A stretch of 63,859 bases of DNA, counting the filler, from Octopus bimaculoides (taxonomy: Eukaryota): NCBI RefSeq assembly GCF_001194135.2. It is 5 parts of 5 records of this genome, joined end to end, with 100 filler letters (N's around TTAATTAATTAA, not from the genome) between each part and the next. Parts side by side here need not be neighbours in the genome. Positions count along the whole stretch, not along the records: positions 1 to 14,291 come from NC_068981.1; positions 14,392 to 32,560 come from NC_068983.1; 3 more parts are not named here. One strand, given 5' to 3'. The stretch's first letter is position 1, and each line of letters starts with the position of its first letter. The translations under genes and the position numbers were made by a program. A model generated the notes under the pieces. The model did not search any database. It had not been told where the DNA came from and saw only the letters and a list, made by a program, of their open reading frames with translations. This document shows, one piece after another, positions 14,206 through 28,087 of the stretch.

Positions 14206-15226
14206 TATTATTATTATTATTAGTAGTAGTAGTAGTAGAAGTAGTAGTAGTTGTAGTAGTAGTAGTAGTAGAGGTAATGGTTGTCGTAGTANNNNNNNNN
14301 NNNNNNNNNNNNNNNNNNNNNNNNNNNNNNNNNNNTTAATTAATTAANNNNNNNNNNNNNNNNNNNNNNNNNNNNNNNNNNNNNNNNNNNNTATATATAT
14401 AGGTATATATTTAGACATTCACCGCTACATTTACACACAACAAATACATATACATATATAACTATATATGGGATGTAGAATGAGTAGGGAAGGAGAGGCT
14501 GTGCAGTAAGTCATGAAAACACCATATGTACAAAGGCAGGGGCTCTGTCCAGTGTCGATCAGGACCATCAATTATCTAAATGGTGTGGAGTTGCGTTCGG
14601 GGCTTGTAAACAACAGAGAGAAAATCTTCAGACAACAGCAGCTTACCATTGTAAATCAGGAGTGGCACGTGTTGGGAAAGGAGATATACTGAGTATGAGG
14701 AGAAAATCACTTGTGAACGCAGGCTGAAGTTAGGCAGAAATGCTATATAAATATGACCAAGGGAATATTCAACAGAACTTACGCAAATATAATTCGGCTT
14801 TTTTAAAATTTAGTGAGGGGGAAAAGCATATAAATTACTGGACAACGTCTAACGCTATAGGAAAGATATAATATATAAGACAACATCATATGGATGAGTA
14901 GAAAATGACCAAAAGCTTCAAAGAAAAAATGTAAATGTTATAGAATTAGTCAAAATTTAGAGAGCAAAATTCTTTTTACATACGATGTTGAATCTCACAG
15001 TTTTAACAGTTATGTTGAATAAAGTCATATAAACAACGAAGGGCTGTCTCTGTTGGATGCAAAAATAGAAACTCATGTATAATCCTGGTATTATTTGGCT
15101 TGTCGATATATGCCCACACACATCTATATTTACATCATCTAAGTAAGCATGAATATTTAAATATATCTATACCGTATATCCATATTTATGTTTTTATGTT
15201 TCTGTATATACACACACACACACGCG

Positions 15227-15258
<32 letters not shown>

Positions 15259-18200
15259 CATATATACATATAGAAAGATAAGTAGATAGATTTATACATA
15301 CATCCATGCATACATATCCTTTTATATATCTGTAACTATATATATATATATATNNNNNNNNNNNNNNNNNNNNNNNNNNNNNNNNNNNNNNNNNNNNNNN
15401 NNNNNNNNNNNNNNNNNNNNNNNNNNNNNNNNNNNNNNNNNNNNNNNNNNNTATATATGTATGTATGTATGTATGTATATGTGTGTGTATGTACGTATAT
15501 ATGTATGTATTGAACGATATGTGTGTGTGTATTTGTTCATTGTTGTCAGTTGTATAATCATAACCATAAAAGCAGAAATAGCTTTGTTACTAATGCATTC
15601 AAATATAGGCAGACAAAACTTTTCAGTATGTGATATTTCCTTCACTTGTCCACTCTTAAAGGATTTGCATTTTCTCATAGCAATTTTGTGAATTTTATGC
15701 TATAAACATGAAGAAAACTTTCATATATTTACGGCTGTTTAAAATATTCTATATGATGAAAAAGTGTTTGTGTCAGCATTCTAAGTTTGTTATTCATAAA
15801 TTTGTCTAGAATAGTTTTACATCTAAGGGAGTGTTTGGAAAATAGTTATTGCTTTTTCTTATTTTTTTTTACTTACCGTTAATTCTTCCACGAGCACGTT
15901 AGCATTTATATTTAGGAAGTTTGGCTGTCAATTATCAGAAATTTCGTAGGTGAATGTTCGTAATTCGGTTGAGTGCGTTGATAAATATACACTTCTAGCA
16001 TTAATATTAACTCTTGGTGAGGTACTGAGTCGGCAGAATAGTTAGCAAACAGGGAAAATTTATTTGCAGTACTGATTTCAAAGTCCGCCGAGGCAGGCTA
16101 TGTCTTTCTTTACTTCGGTGTTGACAAAATTTCTACCAGCAGAGCACTGGGATTGATTTAATAGACTTAGCCTTCTCTTGAAATAGCCGAGCTTATGTCA
16201 AAATTTGAAACCAACATTAAATCGTGGTTAAATATATCTCAGGCTTTTTTTCCTGACATATTTGGTACTATTTATTGCAACTTTTCGTGCTTCGCAAATG
16301 AGTAGTTTTCTGATTTCCCGAGGTATCAGATTTTACTAAGACGTTGAGCCGCCTCTGTCAGCGCTATAGTAACATTGAGCATTTTATAGCTAGGAACCGT
16401 GACTCCAAAAAGTAACTAGTTTGAGCTAATAGGAATATGCAAGTTAGTATTTAAAAAATGTTCCGACACAAGATTAAAGACTCGTTTAACGATGTAATTC
16501 TGTGTATGCAAAATCATATGAGGGGTAGATGAACGAAAACTTAACACACCACGTTTATGTAAGTACCTATAATACCTAAGGGTAGATATCATTTAAATAC
16601 AGAATGTTTATCGCAACCGAATTGTCGACCATATTATTGCAATTGAAGAGTGAGCGATTTTATGAAGGTAATTGTTTTCAGAATGATTCGTTTATGTAAT
16701 TATCTAAATACGTATGTTGAGTATTCCATATGCATGCCTTCAAATATTAAGCAGTAAAGTTTGAAAACAAACCATGTTCCTTTTCAAAACTGTTCAAGAG
16801 TTATATATAATGATATTTTGATTTCTACATTTGCTTCATTCACATTGTTTTACATTTGCTTCATTCACTTTCTACGTGAGTTAATATTTTCAAAAAGTTT
16901 AACTTGCAAAAAATATCATCGTAAACATAATTAGAAAAAAATAACATATATATTCATTCCCTTGTGACATTTCTGAATACGTAATCAACGTCTGAAATTC
17001 TTTTCTGTTTATCTACGAAAGCAAATTATATTTTTGTATCACGAAACAATGTATCCAAGAATAGAAATTTAATATAAATTAGAGAAATTTCAAAGAAAAT
17101 ATATTGAATCACAAGAAGATATTATATGTTCAAGATAAATGTTACCTACATATTGAAATAAAATAGCCGTTTCAGAATAAATAGAAGAGAACATTATAAT
17201 ATCAAAGAAATAGAATTTGCATTTCAACGGCAGTATGGAAATGTGCTACTAATCAAAATTCAACAATTTACATTGAAATTTTATAATTGCAAATATAACC
17301 CTGAATGTCATTTTGTCTCATATTTGATGATACCTCTTGAAATTATTTCTAATATTAACACTGTTCGTTTGCGTTAGCAGGTGAGATAAACACATAGCAT
17401 CATAAATACCAATAAGTGCATCAATTTGTATGGGTACACATCAGAATAGAATAAAGTGAAATAGAAAATAATCAAATCGAAATCTATTCTATCATTTCGG
17501 TGGAGAATGTTTAATCATGTCCCTAACATATCTTTCTCTGTTCGATCCATTCATTTTCTACGCTCACTATTATTCGGATAGTCGTTTCTTCATAGAGCCC
17601 TGCCAGAACCAATCAATTATATAGAATCAATCGTCACTACATTATCTGATTGGATTCATAAACTTGACCATAATACATTATGGATGTTATTCAATAATTT
17701 CGTTCTCGGTGTACCCAAATGGTTCGTTCCAATTTGATCGACATGATATATCCGTATCCCCATTTTTACGGTAACATAGTAAGCATATTCCCGATGCCGT
17801 TTTCTGCAACTGTAGCCTTGATAATTAATGCAAGTGAATCCTTGTGTGTAGACATCGCTGGTTAAGTATTATTTGCAAAACAATTACTGCAAATTAATTT
17901 TTTAAACTATATGTGTAAGAATGTATTCCGTATCATAGGATCTACAAATGTTACAATGCTCCCTTCAAAATACATATCGTTAAATATGGTGAATCTTTTA
18001 CATCAAAAAATAAGCAGAAGTATTATTGAGTAAGTATCTCAGAAAAATACTGTTTGATCAAAGCACAATTTCCTGAATATAAAAGTAAAATACGTGACTG
18101 ATGGCAAATGGTAGATCGTAACAAATTTGTACGAGAAGATATGATATATGGAAATGTAAAATTTATGCAAACTAATTATTCCATTATTTGCACATTATGT

Positions 18201-18639
18201 TGAAGTCACGAAATTAAAGTGTATGGAAGGATTTTTAAAAAAATAAACATATATGACATAAAGAATAACTAATGTAAGAGAATATTGAATATATTTGAAA
18301 TAACGTAATTTATGTGAATCTTTGAATGTTACGCAACATCACCTAAGATTTTTAGGGTATAGTAGCATGTGAAGATAAATTTATTAATTAAATAATCTTG
18401 GTGTTATCAACTCATTTACAGTCATAGTGTTCCATTAATACTCGATTTTCAACTTATAAAATATCTATCATCGAACAACTATAACATGATTACTAAGAGT
18501 TTGCCTCTATTTTATTACCTGTTTTACTCGTGTTTGTTTGTTTGACCATGGACAAGATATCTCAAGTTCTATTGGATGGATTCAAACGGGACTTTCAAGG
18601 ATTAGACTTTTTTCAAGGATTAGATTCTGATTAGATTCT

Positions 18640-18844
18640 TTTCTACTCTAGGCACAAGGCCCGAAATTTTGGGGAAGGGCGCCAGTCAATTAGATCGACA
18701 CCAGTACGCAACTGGTACGTAATCCATCGACTCCGAAAGGAGGAAAGGCAAAGTCGACCTCGGCGGAATTTGAACCCAGGACGTAAAGGCAGACGAAATA
18801 ACGCTATGCATTTCGCCCGGCCTGCTAACGATTCTGCCAGCTCG
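18640..18844 (-). mobile_element. SINE family A
   Basis: Same diagnostic body. Confidence 0.8.
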
Positions 18845-18845
18845 C

Positions 18846-19280
18846 AAAGTCTCTACATAATGAAGGAGATCTTGTGGAACTGAAACACGAGTGTCTTCTT
18901 CGTCAGCTGATATCACTTTTGGCACAAAACTGCCACACACACGTACCATGCCCAAATGTTCAGTTATAATCGACTGAACTTAAACAATAAATTAGCTGCA
19001 CCTCCTCTGATAACTCCCGGTTGGTGATTCGAATATTTCCTCTCACAGCTGCACGCACATCGATGTTTTTCTCACTTCTGCTGGTTCAGGTCTTCCAGAA
19101 TGTTCGTCAATATGAACATTTATTCGGCCATCTTGAAACCATCTGAAACACTTGTTCACTTGTGAGCGGCACATACACTCCTATCAAAACACTTTCTGCA
19201 ACTTTGCGTAGGCCTCTGAACAAATATCACCGTAATGATTTTCTATGTCATGGTCAATGCTTCTTTTGACGAACCGCTAG
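18846..19280 (-). mobile_element. Mariner transposase N-terminal remnant
   Basis: The minus strand gives ..FRWFQDGR..DEHSGRP..NIRIT.RELSEE..TEHLGMVRVCGSFVPKVIS (helix-turn-helix region and WVP-like linker). It is truncated by a SINE at about 18845. Confidence 0.8.
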
Positions 19281-19426
19281 ATTCACGCAGACGTAAACAC
19301 ACAAACAGCGGTAGTCAAGCGCTGGTGGGGTGACAAACACAGGCACAGACAAATACACAAACACACACACACACACTTACACACACACACACTTACACAC
19401 ACACACACACACACAAACACACACAT

Positions 19427-19483
<57 letters not shown>

Positions 19484-19675
19484 AAGAGAGACAGACAGAC
19501 AGACAGACATACAGACAGCCAGAGAAGGTTTGGAGGTGATGTAGGGGAATTGCATATTAGAATAGATGCAATCGTTAATATATGATTTATAAAAAACATG
19601 TGACATATAAATAAAATCTGTAAATGCACAACCATCCAAATATCGGAGTACCTGATTATTGTTTTTTTAATATAT

Positions 19676-19719
<44 letters not shown>

Positions 19720-22533
19720 GGACGTATATTTCAGGAGTATATGAAAATAAATAATATATGAAATCAAATGATATTAACATTACAGAATTTAACTATATTT
19801 ATTAATATTCAAACTAAGATTTGTTTCATATATTCATAAGCTTTAATCTTAATAAGATGATGAATTATATACATTCGAAATATTTTTAGATATCTCATAT
19901 TTTATTCATATAATTCGTTTCTGACATTAATTCTTGTCAGACTCACAGTTTATAGATTAGATATGTAGTAATGTCAGGTAGTTCTGAATATTTCTTAAGA
20001 GAAAAGATTTTCCAAGGAATATTTGTTGATATTTCTCATAAATTTTGTATTTAGATTTTACCGCAAATAATTTACGTGTGTATGTATAATACTCGTATTT
20101 CCGTATATTAGTAAAAATGGTTCTTAGAAGACACACACGCGCGCGAGCACACACACACACACATACACACACGCACACACACATACACACACACACACAC
20201 ACACGCAAACACACACACAGACTTTAATATATATGGTAAATAGATTCGGAAGAATACCTTTTTATGCATAACACAAATAATCAAATTTATTTCCAAGGAC
20301 CGGAGAAGTGCGTTTATTTCCGCTTGTTCACTCACCTATATTTATTCAACCCAGAATTAAACTGGGCGTGCTATTAAGGAGGAATACTGCTATGCCAGTC
20401 AACTAGACATCATGGAAATGTGGTATGTGGCCCAAAGATTCAAAGGAGTCCAGACACTAACAACCAAGATTGAAATAAATAAATATATACATCGGCACAC
20501 TCGCACTAAGTAGTGCCGGGTTTATTTTACAGCTTTTGGATTCTATAAAATATTTATCATATGATGAAAAATGCATGCACATTTGTGATAGATTTTTCAG
20601 TGTCTTTCACAGAAATCATAGAGGCAAAATACAGTATAATATTCTTTAGCGCATTTAGGCCCCTATGTCCTCGGATTAAGTAGAAAATTTAAACTATTCA
20701 TTTCACAGATGACGATTATGATTATTCGTACTAATGGTTTATGTATTCTCTTAAATGTACACCAGATATATATCCTTTTTGTTTCTTTAATAACATAGGC
20801 TTCTCTTTCCAGCATGACTTATCAAATATTTATATTAATTATATTAATTATGACGTTTACGTTGATTCTTTGACAGGTATTAGGAAGGTTTGTACATTAA
20901 ATAGTGTAAAACCTATAGTGTAATTAATTGAAATTGTATGGCAAAATGTGCCTAAAAATGTAAGCAATATTATCTTAAAATGTTATATTTGGGAATTACA
21001 ATCTCCTTTCTACGTGTATATGATACGCATTATTTCTTGGCTAATAGGTCATCAGACATTTTACGTCTTTATACCCATAAATTGGATGTCTAACAACATT
21101 CTACACCATTAATCGACTGAAAATTTTTAACTGATATTTAATCGAAACTAGAACGTATGTTACGCATTAGCAGTTTTGTAATAATTAATATATGGAGTAA
21201 AACAGTTAATCTAGTGAAGGTTGCTCTATTTCATTTTATAAAATACACCACTAATTCACGACCAGTGACATAGAGACAATATAGATTTATGTTTTCGTTA
21301 ATTGAGAATTTAGTCCCTCGTCTCTTCAACGTAACTATCTAATTCAATCAAGAGATAACTTTACAGTTAAATGTACTGAAATACAGATCAATATCATATT
21401 AGACAGGAGAAGCACCCACACAATTAAAGAATATTCTCTACTGCTATATGATTCAATTTACACGAAAATTTCCAAAGAAATGTAAAGAAAAATGTTGTCA
21501 TTCAGTTAATAGCTACTATTTCTATCATTCAGGTAGAACTTCCGTTGAGATTTTAAAAGGCATTACGAAACCGTCGTTATCAATCACAGTAATGCAAGTT
21601 TCAGAAGCATTAGAAAACAGCAAATGTATTTTTTTCCTTCTTATTCTAGATATCTTCCGAAATTGCTCTCTTACACTCCATTAATATCCAATTTACTCGT
21701 TAGTTGCTGACATTATCTGAACAGTCCTGCTACTATCTTTGCAATAATCCTTTTCGGTTCTTTTCCGGAGAATTATTATTTTCAAATGATACAAAATGAC
21801 TTTGAACTAAACGCTAAAACCATCTTCAGAACTAAATATTCTAAAAGCCTTGTCATATTAAATCACTTCTTAGAAACAATCAATTGTAATCTTCAGTAAC
21901 CAAAATATCGAAAAGATAAGGCAAATAGTAAAATAAAACATATTGTAAGTCCCATAATAAAAGGCAGGAAGTACTTCACCTTGTACTGTCAAATCGACTT
22001 TGTTCAGTATTGATACATTATTAGTTGTTTTATTTTTAATCTATTTCTATCGTTCTTTTGTATTTGTTTAGGTGAAGGATTATAGTTTCATTGTCAGTTT
22101 ACCCGCAACTGATAAGATTGTTTCCAGCAGACGAGCTTATAAAAGTTTTATCTTAAAAGAAATTGTTCTGTATTTTTTTCTAAATGTGTGCCGTGTCTTC
22201 AAAATATGTAAGCTTTGTAAACATTAGTATTTCGTGAACACGGTGAATTTTACAATATGAGTAATTCAACAGCGATTTAGTTTCGATCACTGCATGGAAG
22301 CTATTTGTGGCACATAGCTCATTTAGCCTTCCTCAAAACACAAAAATTTGGCATTGTGCAGAATATTCGAGCCTAAAAATTTCATTCAATAGTTATCATA
22401 TACATAAGTATGTAATTATGTGTAAGCATATACAAGCATCCACATATAACTATATAACATACAAATATATACATATACGTGTTTGTGTAAGTGTATGTGC
22501 GTATTCGAGAATGTGATTCAATGTATTCATATA

Positions 22534-22570
<37 letters not shown>

Positions 22571-23194
22571 GTGGGGGAGGCGCGCGTGTGTGTGTATGTG
22601 TGTGTGTGTGCGTATGTCTGTGTTGTTTTGAAGTGAGTTTCTATGAGTGTGTGCAGAGTATACAATTGTTTATTCCTGTATTCAAGGCGCCTCTACAATC
22701 ACCAGACGATATTGCTGTGAAACTATTTGGTTTAAATTTTTATTTTCACAGTCATATACAAACTTGTATTATAATCAATATATCTTTACTTCATGTTATC
22801 TAAAGTACGATTGTCTGAAGTTTCGGAGCGGGAAACAAGATAATTGTAATTTCATATAACTGTCAAAGGAGTATGTGTGTGTACCAGAATATTGTTTTTC
22901 TAGAAATTGGTAGTTAATTAACGACCAGTTTTATGCCGGTACCTTAGAAACATTGAGTGATTAAATATTAATATATTTTATTAGAAATTATTCCTGGCAT
23001 TAATAGAATATCTTCGAGGGGTTCGTAATGTATTTTATGTACATCTTCAATACTATTTGCAGTGAATATGAATAAAAAAAAAGTTTCACATAAGAAAAGT
23101 TCTGTAATATAATGTGGATAAGTCTATCCTTCTCTTATTTTCCTCTGATAAAAGATAAATGAATAATAATTATTCCAAAGTGTTGCCACAAGGG

Positions 23195-23362
23195 TAGCTT
23201 TGTGAAGGGATTAATTCGATTACGTCAACCCCAGTGTGTAACTAGTACTTATTTAATCGACTCCGAGGAAATAAAAGGCAAAGTCGATCTCGTCAGAATT
23301 TGAACTCAGAACTAAGAAACGGGGGGGGGGAAATACTGGAAAGCATTTTGCCAGTTCGCTGC
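23195..23362 (-). mobile_element. SINE family A
   Basis: Same diagnostic body, diverged. Confidence 0.7.
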
Positions 23363-23599
23363 CTTTGATAAATAAATAATAATAAGTGTGAAATATGGTG
23401 AACGAATGCACAATAGTAAACCCATCATGAAAATGCATTTTTATTTATACCTTATTAAACGATATCAAGTGAAAAAGTATATATTATATATTTTTTTTTC
23501 TGTTTGGGATATCATTACCAACATATTTAAGAGCAACATATTTTATTTGAATTTTTGATACCAATTATAATCTGCAAACTAGATTCATAGGCACAGATA

Positions 23600-23990
23600 C
23601 TTTTTCAGGGGAATCTATAAGAGCAAAACAAGAGCAGCGAAGGAATTTTTAGTAAGTTTACTATTTGTTAAAGAGCTTATTTTCTTGTCGACGATCATAA
23701 AAATCCAATAGTCAATTGAATGGAGATCAGTGGGGTAAGCTGAAACGTATTCCTTTACTTGAGAGTTTTCAATTTCTGTAAATTTATATCTTATTGTTAA
23801 GAACGGAGATATTCTTGGGCAAATGGGATTCTTCTTGAATGGCAATTGCATTTTATCCCTTCTTTGATACTATTACGCGATTGTGGTATTTCTCCATCAG
23901 TACAAAGTAGTTAGATGATGTTTTCACATCCCAGATATTAAACCTTGTTTCCTGCCACAAAGATTTTCTAGCTTCACCTCAAAAATTTCA
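23600..23990 (-). mobile_element. Very decayed Tc1/mariner C-terminal remnant
   Basis: AYPTDLHSIDYWIF resembles the WP..SPDLNP.DY.IW motif. Confidence 0.35.
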
Positions 23991-24699
23991 CTTCATTGCC
24001 TGTAGAATTCTGTCCTTATACTCAATATATCATCTTTAAAGACACACAAATAGAAGACAAAGGAGATTAGATTTGTTAATTTTACTTTGATTCTATTACA
24101 AACCATGCTTAGCAGCAAAAAAATAGAGATTGTTTCTTTCCATAGTGATATTTATCTTCTACGTTGTCTGAAAACGTGTGTTCCATTATTGCAATTGTAA
24201 GTTGTAGAATTTCATCCAGGCTGCAATAAAAAAAAAAAAACCCATCAAGTAAAACAATGAGAGCATTCAGAAGTTATAGAATGTGTATAAGCATAATATT
24301 GTTTATTGATAATTAACTCATCCTACACAATATAGCATTCTAGCATCATTGTTTCGGCAAATTAATTATCTTTAAAAATATATTTGCATAGATATTTATT
24401 ATGATCATACAATTATAATTAATTGAAGTCATTTGAAATATTTGTGTTTTCACATAAGCTTAATATAATAACTTTTAAGAAATATAGTAGAACCGTTAAT
24501 TTTTATGAAAGCTTTTCGTACCTTTGACGTTGCACCTTGTCGTTAATGATAGATATCTTTATCAAAACAAGCGATATCAAAATTTTATTTTTTAGTTGCA
24601 TTTTAGGGAAAACGGCAAGAAAATATTAGCAAAATATTCGTAGGGTTGTGATTAATTATGAGAATATTACTGATCAAGCTCATATAAGTAAATAATAGG

Positions 24700-25110
24700 C
24701 ATAGGAGTGGCTGTGTGGTAAATAGCTTGCTTACCAACCAGATGATTCCGGGTTCAGTCCAACTGCGTGGCACCTTGAGCAAGTGTCTTCTACTATAGTC
24801 TCGAGAAGACTAAAGACTTGTGAGTGGATTTGGTAGACAGAAACTGAAAGACGCCCATCGCATATATGTATATATATAAATATGTATGTGTGTGTATATG
24901 TTTGTGTGTCTGTGTTTGTCCCTCCAACATCACTTGACAACAGATGCTGGTGTGTTTACGTCCCCGTAACTTAGCGGTTCGGCAAAAGACACCGATATAA
25001 TAAGTACTAGGCTTACAAAAAATAAGTCGTGGGGTTGATTTGATCGACTAAAGGCGCTGCTCCAGCATGGCCGCAGTCAAATGACTGAGACAAGAAAAAG
25101 AGTAAAAGAG
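24700..25110 (+). mobile_element. SINE family B, full length with an internal microsatellite
   Basis: ggagtggctgtgtggtaaatagcttgcttaccaacc...gcagtcaaatgactga. Confidence 0.85.
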
Positions 25111-25844
25111 AGTCCTTCATTGTATTGACTCCGTAAGGCAAAGTTGACCGCAGAGGGATTTAAACTCAGAATGTAAAGGGCCTGATGAAATGTCGCATAG
25201 AATTTTGTACGGCGCGTTAATGATTATGACAATTCGATACCTTATAAAGATATTAAAATAACAGTTTAATGAATATTGACCCTTAAAGTTATACTAAGTA
25301 TGCGGGTCATATTAATATTTTGCATGTACAACAAAGTACCTTATTCAGGCTTACATATTATCATTTTACAGTTGTTGTTGTTGCTTTTATCATTAATATC
25401 CTTATCACATAAATTCATGTTTTCAACTTCCTTCTTAATGTCTGAGTCTTTATTAATAAAGCCGTTTTCTTTCATAAAACCGAATTTTCATACCAAATAT
25501 GATGTGATTTCTCCCTAATTAGGCCAATATTCCTAACGAAAGTTTTGGGTAAATTTCTACCTTTTTTTTAAATATAAACCATAGTCTTGAAGTTTTCTTT
25601 CAAATGCGGGAAGATTTAAATATATTTTTTTCATCTTATCATATATTTTTATTCACTTCAAGCTTTATGTAAATTAATATGCTATATCACACTCCTTGCT
25701 CACATTCGATATTCAAATCGGTTCACTTTTTAACATCTTCACAAATTTTTGTTGTATTTTGTTCACGTACATATCATCAATCACTTCAACCCTAATTATA
25801 TATACATACATATATATACATATACATTTATATATACATACACA

Positions 25845-25890
<46 letters not shown>

Positions 25891-27471
25891 NNNNNNNNNN
25901 NNNNNNNNNNNNNNNNNNNNNNNNNNNNNNNNNNNNNNNNNNNNNNNNNNNNNNNNNNNNNNNNNNNNNNNNNNNNNNNNNNNNNNNNNNNNNNNNNNNN
26001 NNNNNNNNNNNNNNNNNNNNNNNNNNNNNNNNNNNNNNNNNNNNNNNNNNNNNNNNNNNNNNNNNNNNNNNNNNNNNNNNNNNNNNNNNNNNNNNNNNNN
26101 NNNNNNNNNNNNNNNNNNNNNNNNNNNNNNNNNNNNNNNNNNNNNNNNNNNNNNNNNNNNNNNNNNNNNNNNNNNNNNNNNNNNNNNNNNNNNNNNNNNN
26201 NNNNNNNNNNNNNNNNNNNNNNNNNNNNNNNNNNNNNNNNNNNNNNNNNNNNNNNNNNNNNNNNNNNNNNNNNNNNNNNNNNNNNNNNNNNNNNNNNNNN
26301 NNNNNNNNNNNNNNNNNNNNNNNNNNNNNNNNNNNNNNNNNNNNNNNNNNNNNNNNNNNNNNNNNNNNNNNNNNNNNNNNNNNNNNNNNNNNNNNNNNNN
26401 TATATATATATAATTAGTGTACATTCATACAAAAAAGGGGCCTAAAGATGTAATATGGTTATCAATACTTTTTTTTTACATATTTATAGAACATCCTACA
26501 TATATAAATTTAAGAGCTACAGCTGTGATTGTACACATAGATTACGTTTTAGATTAGACATCGGTCTAATAACGGATTGTGGGATTTAACTCTACAGTTA
26601 CAACTAGGAGAATTACTACTATTAATATTATTGATATTCATGTCATTATTATTATTAATACCACTGTTAATAGCAACCCTACTACTTCTATCGTCTGTGT
26701 TATTTTCATATCTGTTATCTCGCCATCCTTCAACTGTAGTAATATTCACATTCATTCCAGCATCATCAGGCCTGTCAGTAATCCCTGTGCTAGTATAGAC
26801 CTCAGCGCTACAGTCTATATCGTATATATTAAAAGCATTAATACTGTTGTTTCTATTTCTTACGTCACTATAAATATTATTATTCACATTGTAGGGGTTC
26901 AAGTTAGTGTTGCAGTAATATTATCATTATTACCACCTCTTGCTAATTTAATATTCTTTCTATTTAACCTTGCTATGATGGTACCTATATGGGAGAGAAC
27001 AGAACATGAGATTCTAAGACCTTACAGGAAAAAAAGTCTGTTATATCTGTGGGAAACAGGGACGGTTTTTTCTAAAATTGTCATAAATTTCCGATATATA
27101 TTTGTGGACATTGCGCAGTTGACGGGAACGTTGTATCAGGTGAAGTCCTTATTATCAGATTTACGGCCTATGAAAGGGTGGAGTCTCCCCGCTCTCTCAA
27201 CACCTCTCGAAATTGTGACTTGATTATCAGGTATGTCTCTCTTACAAGTATTTTTTCATCCTTATGGAGGTTGAGCAACCTGCTCGTTTCCTTCACTACT
27301 CTTATTATCTAAACTAAAATTCCGACATGTTGCAGCATCTAATTTTCTGTTACTGCCTAATTTTAAATTTTAAATTCATGGATTTGCTGGATGCTTTTCT
27401 AGTTGGTACTTACGCTGTAAGTAAGTTTGTAATCTCTCTGTCATTTAGCATCTCATTATTTCCACTATTGT

Positions 27472-27860
27472 GGAGGCGCAATGGCCCAGTGGTCAGGGCA
27501 GCGGACTCGCGGTCATAGGATCGCGGTTTCGATTCCCAGACCAGGCGTTGTTAGTGTTTATTGAACGAAAACACCTATAGCTCTACGAGGATGAGGCAGG
27601 GGATGGTGGCGAACACTGCAGTAAACTTTTACCACAACTTTCTCTCACACTTACTTCCTGCTTCTGTTGTGCCTGTAATTCAAAGGGTCAGCCTTGTCAC
27701 ACTATGTCACGCTGAATATCCCCGAGAACTACATTAAGAGTACATGTGTCTATGAGGTGCTCAGCCACTTGCACGTTAATTTCACCAGAAGGCTGTTCCG
27801 TTTATCGGATCAACTGGAACCCTCGACGTCGTAAGCGACAGAGTGCCAACAACAACAACA
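27472..27860 (+). mobile_element. tRNA(Arg)-like-headed SINE, family C (OR1-like)
   Basis: ggaggcgcaatggcccagtggtcagggcagcggactcgcggtc...gtttcgattccc head and an (AAC)n tail. Near-identical to 55361. Confidence 0.85.
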
Positions 27861-28033
27861 ACGATCAACAACATTTCCACAATTATTAGGTATTATACTT
27901 TCAGGACTAAGACAACTAATTTCTTTATCGTATCCTGCCTGAGACAAAGCGAAGTTGTAGTGGTGGGAATGGGTATTAAAAATGTCTTTATTCGCTTAGA
28001 AATACTTTTCACTACTGATTTAAACACATGTAC

Positions 28034-28087
<54 letters not shown>

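Noticed and set aside
14336-14347. Palindromic TTAATTAATTAA islands inside N runs (also 32605-32616, 46403-46414 and 53501-53512)
   Set aside because: An identical 12-mer giving stops in all six frames and always flanked by Ns is an artificial scaffolding pad, not biology.
14645-14690. Possible 42-nt minus exon YLLSQHVPLLIYNG resembling a serine carboxypeptidase motif
   Set aside because: The match is too short, and no other exon of such a gene was found.
17560-17860. Protein-looking open frames on both strands
   Set aside because: No recognisable motif and no convincing pair of splice sites. The frames are under 70 codons.
27472-27545. tRNA-Arg-like sequences here and at 55361
   Set aside because: They continue into a shared ~300-bp body and (AAC)n tail and lack a proper acceptor stem, so they are SINE heads and not tRNA genes.
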